A DNA stretch of 63,876 nt, the filler included, from Lophium mytilinum (lineage: Eukaryota), in the NCBI GenBank assembly GCA_010093605.1. It is 17 parts of 12 records of this genome, joined end to end, with 100 filler letters (N's around TTAATTAATTAA, not from the genome) between each part and the next. Parts side by side here need not be neighbours in the genome. Positions count along the whole stretch, not along the records: positions 53,113 to 55,515 come from MU004211.1; positions 55,616 to 57,847 come from MU004212.1; positions 57,948 to 59,971 come from MU004213.1; positions 60,072 to 62,086 come from MU004214.1; positions 62,187 to 63,876 come from MU004219.1; 12 more parts are not named here. The stretch is one strand, 5' to 3'. The stretch's first letter is position 1; every line of letters starts with the position of its first letter. Position numbers and translations under genes: made by a program. Positions 53,013 to 63,876 of this stretch are shown one piece after another. The notes below the pieces were generated by a model. That model was not told the DNA's origin and ran no database searches. It saw only the letters and a list, made by a program, of their open reading frames with translations.

Positions 53013-55624
53013 NNNNNNNNNNNNNNNNNNNNNNNNNNNNNNNNNNNNNNNNNNNNTTAATTAATTAANNNNNNNNNNNNNNNNNNNNNNNNNNNNNNNN
53101 NNNNNNNNNNNNTAGTTTTTTATTTACTACTAAAAGCTAATATTAATATAGATAATAACTAGACTAAGAGTAATAAGTAGAATAAGAAGAATATTAAAAC
53201 CCCTAACATTAATATAGAGAATATCCCGTCTAAGACTAATAAGTAAAATAGGGGGTATCTTAATAATTACCTAGATTTTACTACTATACTATCTAAAGTT
53301 GCCTTTAAGTGTAACAGTAACTATAGTAGTAACTTAGATAACCCGCTAGAATTTATAGAAGGAGCCTTATAGCTAACCTTAAAGACTATATCCTCTAGTA
53401 ATACTAATAAGAGTTAGAAGCGCTAAGGCGTAAAAAAGAAGCCTACTATAAAGAAGAATAAAGTAGCTAAGAAAGACTCTATATCTAAATTCCTTATATA
53501 TTATCTATATAAGTATATAATAGAGAAAGAGATTACTAAATAGCGCCCTTAGTATAAAAGAAAGGCTACTAAGAAGAAAGCTACTATATAGAAGTCTTTA
53601 AACTCTACTAGACTAAAAATAGACCTACGCAGGCGGAAGAATAATTCTAATATTAGCTAACTGCCCGCGGCATTAGGTGTAGATACTAACTCTAATAGTA
53701 AAGAAAATAGTAGTAAATTAGAGGGGACTAGTATAGCGCTAGAGAAGTCTAATAGTAAGGTATAACTAGTAGGGTTTTTATAGAAAGGCTTTCTATAGAG
53801 GCCCTTACTCTACTTTTTAGATTTAGTTTAGCATCTCTTAATATCTTTTTCTTTTTCTTTCTAATAGTTCTAATTAGGACTACTTTTCTTACTATTAGTT
53901 TACACCTACTTACTTAGTACTACTAACTTTTTACTATTCTAATTTCTTACTTGTGTTCTATTCTCTACTCTTTAATAGTTAGTACTACTCTATAGTAGTA
54001 GTATACTTTATACCCTTAAAATCTTCTAGTTTATATTTAGCCTCTAGATAGCGGCTTACTTAACTATAGAATATAGCGTAATATTTACTACTATAACTAT
54101 ACCTTATATATTTTATATATAATATAATATTTATTTTATTTATCTATATTATAGGGGGCGGTTTTATCTACTATAGTTTATATAGTTAGGGAGGGCAATT
54201 ATATTCTAATACTACTCTATTATATCTATACTATTAGTATATACTTTCTATCTTTTTTATAGTAAAGAATCTACTATTATATACTCTATAATTTAATTCT
54301 TCTTACTAATATTAGTTATATAGCTAGGCTAAGTCCTCTCTATAGACTCTATCTATTAATACGCTATATATAACTTTATTCTACCTATAATTTTCTAAAG
54401 CGTATATTATTATATAATGCCTAAACTAACTAGAAGGAGAGTTATTTATATATATTATTATTAAGTCTTTAGCGTGCTAGGCAGCGGAAGGCAATTTAGA
54501 TATTATAGTTATACTTTCTAGTTTATTAGCGATGTATTTAAACCTACTTATTATTAGTAAGAATAGTAATTCTTAAGGGGTTATAGTCTTACTATTTATT
54601 ACTTTTAATATAACTTTCCTTCTTCTTATAGTTATAAATAGTTTCTATATTATAAATAGTACTGCTCTTTTATTCTAGTATTTTTCTTTACTTCTATTCT
54701 TATAGCTATCTTAATAAGCGCTTTAGCTATATAAGCTTTCTTCTTGCAACTAAATCTAGAGTAGCATTTATAACCTTACGCCTAGATAGAGTATTAGGTA
54801 TAGTAAGAGGAGAAGCTAACCGCTCTATTAGAATATATATATTAGGTAGATGTAGATATATCTACCCCTACTAAATATTATTCTTAGTGTTTAGAGTTAC
54901 TATACTACTGCGTATTAACCTTAGTATGCTGGGCTATATTTTATATACTTTAGCCTAGTTTAAGGTTATAGCTATCTCTATATTAGATTAGGCCGCTTTT
55001 TATTTTATAAATATCTACTAGAATACTCTAGAAAGAATATATATAGTATACTAATTAAGACTTATATATAGTATTATGCGTAGGCTGCTGCTATACTATA
55101 AGGGGTAGGTAGTAGTTAGAAAAAGGTTTAATACACTAGTTTCTATTAATCTTAGTATATTATGTGCTAACCTCTTATATTATATCTATACTTATAATTA
55201 ATCTTTAGAGGTTAACTCTATATACTATATATAAATAGCAGCTCTAAGAGTTTTATTTTATTACTATACTATATATATATTTTACCTTAGGCAGGACTAG
55301 TAGGTCTCTATAATATATAGTTTATATAACTATACCCTGCATTACTTTAGCGCCCGCCTAATTTACTCTTTCTTTTTTTTCTTACTTTTTTAGCTTATTT
55401 CTCTCTATACTATAGCTATAGGTAAACTAATAGCTAGAACTAGTATAGAAGAGACTCTTAATTATATTTAAAGTACTTTAGAGAGATAGTTTAATAGTAT
55501 ATAAAGTTTTAAAGCNNNNNNNNNNNNNNNNNNNNNNNNNNNNNNNNNNNNNNNNNNNNTTAATTAATTAANNNNNNNNNNNNNNNNNNNNNNNNNNNNN
55601 NNNNNNNNNNNNNNNTAATTTTAA

Positions 55625-55810
55625 TATTTTAAGGCTTAAGTATTAGTATAGGGGAAATTTCCTCTATACTAATACTTAAGCCTTAAAATAAGATTCTTAC
55701 TACTAATACTTAAGCTATAAAATATTAAAATTAGATTCTTACTACTAATACTTAAGCTGTAAAATATTAAGATATATTTTTATATTTTACCTATACTAAT
55801 ACTTAAGCCC
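55625..55810. repeat. 66-bp near-perfect palindrome followed by direct repeats of TACTAATACTTAAGC
   Basis: 55625-55657 and 55658-55690 are reverse complements with one mismatch. The core motif recurs at ~55701, ~55743 and ~55794. Confidence 0.85.
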
Positions 55811-58800
55811 TATATTATAATAGCTCTAGTTTAAAATAGAAATACTAAAATAGAAAGGCTATATAGCCTATATATTAAATAGAAAGACTATATAATTATA
55901 TACTCTATATCTACTCTATATACTACTATTTTTTCTCTAGAATAAAGCCTTCTCTATATATATTTATATATATTTCTACTAGATCTACTAAATTCTTTAC
56001 TACTTATATAGTTCTATAGGGGTCTTTAAATCTATAAATCTTATCTATAAACTTTATAGCTATTCTATCTAGTATTTCTCTACTAGTAGCTATTTTATAT
56101 ACCTTAAAGAACCTATTCTCTATCTCTTAGAGAAACTTTAAGGTCTAGGCCTACTATAAGTAGATACTAGTAGCCTTAACCTATATTACTTACGCTATTT
56201 AGTTAATTATATTATCTATTTTCTACTAGAAGAAAGCCTTTATTAGTTTAGTATTATCTATATCTAGCGCTATAGAGCTTAAGCTTCTAGATTAAATAAT
56301 AGGCGCGTAAGAAAGAGGCGCTATAGAAAGCTATAAAGTAGAAGTAGATAGAGAAGAAGTATATCTAGCTATAGTATAGGGGTTTAGCGGCGTAGAAGCC
56401 CCCTAGTATAGTAGCGGCTAAGAATAAAATAGAAAAGAAGCCTATTATAGCTACTATAGAGGCTAGTTAAAGTCTATCTTAAATATTAATATAGCTATTT
56501 TTATCTATATTATCTTTATCTATATATCTATAAAGCTAGCTATAGTATTCTAGGTATTCTATACTATCTACTATACTAACTATACCTATATAGTTCTTAT
56601 AGGCCTCTAGTATTACTTATTAATTAGCCTATTTTCTATTAGCTCTTAGAGTAGCTTTATAAGAGGAGTATAAATTATAGTATTATTACTAAGTATAGTA
56701 TTTATCTATATCTTATAGTACTTTAAAAGAAAAATATAGTACTACTTACCTTTATTAATAAAGTAACTATTATTTTTATTTAAGTAATTACTACTTATAT
56801 ATATCTAGTTCTTTATAATCTTAAGCTTAAGATCTCCCCTATTAGTAAAGTAACCTAGTTAGATATACTACTATTCTAATAGCTTACTAGTATAGTACCT
56901 TCTACCTAATATAGGCGCGGGTAATAAGCTATTAAACTACTTAGATTTCTTTCTTTTAGCCGGCGGCGCCTAGGCGTTATATAAGACCTTATACTTAAAA
57001 ATAACTATAATTATTAAGTATAGATAGTCTCTCTATATTATATCTATTAGCGCGTATACCTAGGTAAACTCTATTATTAAGAAGTTCTCTAGATTATAAT
57101 AGCGCGTTCCTTCTCTTCTAGTAGATATTTTAATACTAGCTATACGCTTAATAACTCTATAAATAGTATTATAGTTACCCTCTTAAATAGCTCTCTCTAC
57201 TATCTTCTTAAGCTTTTTCTTAATAACTCTACTATTAAGCTAAATATGCGTGCTATTTAGCTATATAGTTTAGCTAATAGTTTTACTATTTATAAATAAC
57301 TTAAATAATATAAGTATAATAAAGTTATTAATAAGCTACTTTATAGGTATAAATATTACCTTAATATTAGATATAGTTAGGTCTATCTTAGTAAATAACT
57401 ACCTTCTTTTCTTTATATACACCTTTACCTTAATCTTATTTATCTAGTTTATAGAGAGGCGCCTACTAGTTTTATTAAGATACTCTACTATAAACTATTC
57501 TATAAAGCGCTTAAGCTTCTTATCTATCTTTTTACCTAGCTTAGATAATATTAGTAGATTATTCTTCTTTTTTTCTTTTTTTTTCTTATTTACTTTCTCT
57601 ATATCTACTATAATCTTATTAGTATAATACTTATAGTATCTATCTTATAGCTTCTAGCTAGATAGTATCTTACTATTACTATTTCTTAATAGATTAGAGT
57701 TTATTCTATTCTCTATATTCTAATACTTATACTTATTTAAAGTTTTAATATATATATATCTAGCCTTAAGTAAACTAGAGTACTAGTTATATAAAGTACT
57801 ACTAATACTCTAGCTCTAGGGTAGATTAATAGTAATATTAAAGCGCCNNNNNNNNNNNNNNNNNNNNNNNNNNNNNNNNNNNNNNNNNNNNTTAATTAAT
57901 TAANNNNNNNNNNNNNNNNNNNNNNNNNNNNNNNNNNNNNNNNNNNNTAGACTTAATAGACTAATCTATATATAGAGAGATTACTATTAAGCCCTTCTTC
58001 TAACTCTACTCTAAGGGCGCTAACTAATTCTTTAATCTTCTATATAGTATATATAAAATCTTAGTTATAAGAAATAAATTAAATAAACTATAGAAAGTAG
58101 AACTTAAGAAGATACTTACTACTTAAATAACTATAATATAGTCTACTAATAGGTCTAAGTCTATAGTAAAATTTAAAGAGAAATATAGTAATCTTTAAAA
58201 GCGCTAGAGATATACTAAATACTAACTTAATTCTATAGTAAATATTCTAATCTTAAAAGGCTAAATAGAGGTAATAGACGCCTACACCCTTACTATTATT
58301 CTAATAACTATGCCTAATACTACCTATATAGTAAAGCTTACTAAGGCGCTATAAGACTAAAAGCTACTAAAGTAAGTTATAATTAAGTACTAATTTAGAA
58401 TCTCTACTTAAATACGCCCTAGCCTACCTACTAATATACTAGGTGTATAATAGTATACTTACTTTTATTATTTTAATCTAGATATATATAAACTATAAAA
58501 GATAGCCTCTATAAATAAGCCTAAGTACTACTATAACCTTACTATTAAGGGTACTCTTAAGGTTCTTAAGATTCTAGAAGAATACCTACCGCCCTTATTT
58601 AGAGGCTGGATAATTAGGTATAATACTAACGCAACCGCTAGTAAAAAGCTAGCGGAGGTCCCTATCTTTCTCACTATTATTCTAACCTAACTAGCTACCC
58701 CTGCTAAGCTAGTAGAACCCTATAAGAGGTTAATATAAAATACTATTTACTATATAAAAGTCTAAGATAAGTATAAGTTTTATATTAGTCTACCTTAGAA

Positions 58801-61065
58801 TCTATATTTTAAATAGTATATACCTATTATCTTGCATATAATCTATAGAGAATTAGCTAATAGAAATCTAGCCTTATAAATATAGCTTATATTTATAGTT
58901 CTAGTATTTAGATTACTATATACTAATAAGCTATACTAGATTATATTCTATAGCTAAGTAGACTCTCTACTTAATACTATCTATACTAATAAGAAGTTTA
59001 AGGCTATAATAATAGATAGTTTTACCTAAATATATCTAGTTATATCTATACTAGATACTCTAGAGAAGTTAGCGTTTATAAAAGTATAAGCCGGAGAATT
59101 TTATAGCCTTAAGTAGCCTCTAAACCTACTATAAACTATACCCCTACTTTTAAAGTTATAGAAGGCTAAACTTTTTATCTAAACTAATCTACTATTTATT
59201 AGAATTATAGAAAACCTACTAGTGCCCTAGCGTAACTACTATATCTATTCTTCTATTAATACTCTAAGTAAGTATATAGACCTAGATTATATTCTCTATT
59301 TTAAGGTTACTACTCCTAATATAGAAAAGTAAAGTCTAGATAATAAGTACTAGTATACTACTTAGATATTATATAAAAATATTACCTAGTATACTATACT
59401 AGTTAACTTATTATAGAAATAGGTTAACGCCTAGACTTATAAGGAGTTTTATAAAGTATTATATAATATAGCTACTAAAATACTTATAGTATTACCTATA
59501 ATACTAAATATAGTAAATATAATAAATAATATAGTAGAGGGCTTTATAGATATAACTAAGCCCCTTTATATATATTTAGATTAGTACTAGGTTCTAATAA
59601 TAGAGAATTATATACTGCTAGAGAAACTATATACTATTAATATTTTCTACTAAGGCTGCTTTAACTAGTTTCTATCTCTATTTAAGTTAGTATAGGTTAT
59701 AGTTAAGTAAGTTTATAACTTTAAAATAACTAGTAGACTAGAAGGGCATAGTAAATATAATATTAAGAATATTCTTAGGTACTATACTAAGGTACTAGAT
59801 AAGTTTAAGGCTAGCTGGGCTAAGGCTAGTAATAGTATAGAGGGGGATAAATAGAATACTACTAAAGTCTACTATATTAATAGTCTAATCTTCTATATAG
59901 ACTACTATATAGCTAGAGGTTTTACTATATTTATCTAAGAACTAATTACTAATAGTACTATTAACTATTATNNNNNNNNNNNNNNNNNNNNNNNNNNNNN
60001 NNNNNNNNNNNNNNNTTAATTAATTAANNNNNNNNNNNNNNNNNNNNNNNNNNNNNNNNNNNNNNNNNNNNAGGCCTTAATATCTACCTTAAGAGAAGTA
60101 ATTATCTTCTTATAAGTATAGAGTTTATTTTTATATTCTTCTAGTTTAGTTTTAATATTAAGTAGGCGTTTAAGTTTCTTATATGCAGCTTTTAAGTTAT
60201 TATTCTTCTTATTATATTCTTTCTTAAGGACTCTAATCTTATTCTAGAGGTTATGCTATACTTTCTAGTTATTCTTATATATCTACTAAAGAATCTTAGT
60301 TATAGCTTAATAGCTTCTAAGAATATAGAAGAAATAAATAGGGTCTACTTAGACTTGCATAAGAAAGTCTTAAAAGTCTATAATCTTAATTAACCTATTA
60401 AACTATTTATTGCCGGGCAGGAGTAAATAATTTAGAAATTTAGTAATATTATTAATAGCGTTAAGAAACGTACCCTAGTTGCAACCCCAGCTAGAAGTAT
60501 AGTACTTAGTAATAGAAGTATAGATTATTAGGTCTAGGGTATATATAGAATTATTAATATTATTATTTTTAGTAATATCTTTATCTTAGGTAAGCTAGTT
60601 CTCTTAGGTAAGCTAATTCTCTTTCTTCTAAGTAGCCTACTAAGTATTATCTACGCGTATTATTTAGGTAGACTATTAGGTATTTTCTTTAGTTATCTTT
60701 TAAAGCGGCGCGCTCTTTAGAGTCTTATAAGAAGACTTAGAGGGCGCGCAGAACTATAAGTAAGATAGTAGAAAGTAGAAGGCTAGTTATAAGCCGCTGC
60801 GCCTAGAATATCTAGGTTCTATTCTAGCGTCTAGTAAAGGTAGTAGATCGCTTATTATAAAGAATATAGTAGTAGCACTTAGTAAGATAGAGTAGTATAG
60901 CTATATACTCTTTAGTATTATATATATAGTTATATAGGTATACTTATTAAGCTATTAGATAGCTTAAGCTATTAGATAGCTTAGTAAATAAGAATTAAGG
61001 TTTAAGAGTTAAAGTAGTAATAGTAAAAAAGAATTAGTGCTAGTTAGAGTATTAATATAATCTAA

Positions 61066-61557
61066 TATTATAGTTATAGTATAAAGAAGCTTAGTAGTAT
61101 AAGATAACTAGGTAGATTAATTTTAAGAGGTTATATAAGAAGTAGAAAGAGAGGCTTCTAGGTAGAAACTATATATATAGAGAAGAGAGAGGCGTATAGA
61201 TACTAGGCAGGCTAGCGTATAGGCGGCGCTAGGTAATATAATAGGTATAGAGGTAGAAGGCCGGTAATAGGTAAATATATAACTAGAGGGCGGAGTATAA
61301 TCTATTATACTAATATTATAGTTATAGTATAGAGAAGCTTAGTAGTATAAGGTAACTAGATAGGTTAATTTTAAGAGGTTATATAAGAAGTAGAAAGAGA
61401 GGCTTCTAGATAGAAACTATATATATAGAGAAGAGAGAGGCGCGTAGGCACTAGGCGGGCTAGCGCGTAGGCAGCGCTAGGTAATATAATAGATATAGAG
61501 GTAGAAGGCCGGTAATAGGTAAATATATAACTAGAGGGCAGAGTATAATCTATTATA
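61066..61557 (-). mobile_element. Two tandem ~244-bp LTRs of a second LTR retrotransposon family
   Basis: 248-bp period (61066-61309, 61314-61557) with a 4-bp spacer. PPT-like CCCCCC at 61561 on the right; coiled-coil relic ORF on the minus strand to the left (60072-~60600). Confidence 0.72.
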
Positions 61558-63876
61558 CTACCCCCCTATTTTAAGAACGCTAGAAGAAAATAAAAGAAAA
61601 AGAAAAAGAAAAAGAAAATAGTATTATAGGCTATATTAGGTTTAAATATAAAAGTGTAAATAGTTATCTAATTATATAGTATAGTTTAGCTAATTATTAG
61701 TTATATACTAGTATATAAGAAGCTAGCGTACTTAAGGCGTTACTTATAAGGGCTTTTCTATTATAATAGCTTAGCCCACTTTATATAACTAAGAATTCTA
61801 ATCTTATTATAGTTATTATATATAAAGTTGTAATAAACTATATAAGGCTATTATAGATTATAGTATAGAGGTGTAGCAAGGTAATTATATAAAGATAAGA
61901 ATGTAGTTTAGCGTAAAGTAATTATAATTATAAATAGTTAGCAGCGTAGAGTAATTATAATTATAAATAGTTAGTAGTAAGAATATTAGTAGTATTATTA
62001 TTATTAGTAAGGCGTGCGCGCTAATTATTATTAGGTTTAAAGTCTAGATAAGAACTATTAGCGTTAGGGTTAAGATTATAAAATTTNNNNNNNNNNNNNN
62101 NNNNNNNNNNNNNNNNNNNNNNNNNNNNNNTTAATTAATTAANNNNNNNNNNNNNNNNNNNNNNNNNNNNNNNNNNNNNNNNNNNNGTATTAGAGGTAAT
62201 AGAGTAGAAGCTGCAGGCAATACCGGGCTCTATAAAGGGCGGTCTTCTAGTATTAGAGCCTAAAGGTAAAGAATAATATATACTACTTTAGAATTAGAGG
62301 AAGAATTTAGGTCTATTAGACGGGGTAGTAGGTCTACTAATAGAATACCTCTTAATATTATTAGAAATGCAGCCCCTAATATTAGCTACTCTAGGTATTA
62401 CTTTAAATAGTTTATAGGGCGTAAATCTTAACTAGTGCAACTAACTTATATATACCTGCGCGGTATTTAAATAAGTAGTAGCCCTGCTTAATAAGAAGGG
62501 GTGTAATAGAATTAAAATAGGTAAGATAATATAAGTAGCGGGCTAACTCTAATTATAAAAGGGAGATATATATAATCTCTAATTATAATTAATAATCTAT
62601 AAAAGAGAAGGGTTAAGCGCATAGGTAGTAAGAAAAATTAAATTACTAGTAATTAACTTATGCATTAATATTTTTAAAACCCTATTATACCTTATACTTA
62701 AATATAAACGCTATTATAGAATAAACTACTATATTTAGGGGTCTAAACTAACTATATATACCGCCTACTATATAACTTAAGTATACTTAAGAGAAGCCTT
62801 CTACCCGCTATCCTCTATTTCTATATTATCTGCCTCTATCTCTACTTTAGTATTATCTACCTTACCTACCTCTATCTTTATATTCTCCTTCTCTATGTTA
62901 TCTATATTAGGCTTAAATTCTAACTTAAATACTTTACTTATCTCTAAATTAGTTCTATAGTTAGTAAGTTCTATTATATATAGATTAACTAAGTACTAAA
63001 AGTTCTCTAGATTAAAAGGCTTTAGTAGGTTATAGTCTAACTATTATTTATAGTTAATAATATATTATATATAAATATTGCTTAAAAGGTTTTAAAGTAT
63101 TATTAACTAGTTAGCTGCGTTTAGTTAGAGCGGGTCCGGACTAGTGCACTTATCTATAAGGCTAGCGGATCCGCAATCTATATATATTATAGCAGGAGAT
63201 AATAATTATAGGCTAAAGTATTTATTAGTATTTAGGTCTATATAGTAGACGCAACTATATATATAGAAGAATTTTAGAAGAGTAAAAGTTAGTATCTTAC
63301 CTAGTAATGCGTATATATAAGTATTATAGATAATAGAGTCTTAATAGTATTACCTAAATAGCTAGAAAAGGGATATTATATTAGCAGGTATCTATAGAAG
63401 AGGGGGTGCTTACTTACCTCTTTAAGTAGGCTAATACTTACTAACTCTTCTAGATAATTTATCTTAGTATTATATCTTATAGTATAGAGCTATAAGAGAA
63501 TTGCATTCTAACTATATATAGATAGGTATAGCTTTAATTAATAAAATGCTTATTCTATTAGCTTAGTATTATTAGCTAGAATGTTATATAGCTTACGGGT
63601 ATTAGTTTAATAGAGCTAAAATATAGAGTATTATTACTAATATACTTAAAGTTATAGAGGTAGAAGATATCTTCCTCTTTAGATATATATACTCTAGTAA
63701 AGGCGGAGGGTATTTTATAGTCCTAATCTAGTTTAGAGAGAGGTTTATCTATATTTAACTAGACTAGAATAGATAAGTATAGTTTAAGTATATTAAGGTC
63801 TATACCTTACACCTCTATCTTATAGTATTAACCTACTAGAAAGCGGTTTATAACTTAACTATAGCCTAGAACCTCT

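Overview
Fragmented, extremely AT-rich sequence from a filamentous ascomycete, read by eye. It bears heavy repeat-induced point mutation (RIP): CpA/TpG nearly absent, TpA in excess, and in-frame TAA/TAG where Gln/Trp are expected. Many gaps contain an artificial TTAATTAATTAA spacer, so adjacency across those gaps is unreliable. No intact host gene is visible. Identifiable elements: (1) a full-length RIP-inactivated Ty3/gypsy chromovirus (7945-15620, minus strand; 731-bp LTRs, TCTAC target duplication) with an extra antisense Cys-rich ORF; (2) an almost intact fused gene (17848-22565, +) encoding DUF3505-like zinc fingers, a tyrosine-recombinase-like domain and a RecQ helicase (telomere-linked-helicase type), followed by tandem repeats; (3) a RIP-degraded multi-intron SNF2 helicase gene whose putative introns repeatedly carry the same 37-bp palindrome; (4) a Tad1-like LINE, a non-autonomous TIR element, gag relics and an LTR-LTR junction resembling a 2-LTR circle; (5) four pairs of 0.8-1.7 kb duplicated gene relics of unknown identity.
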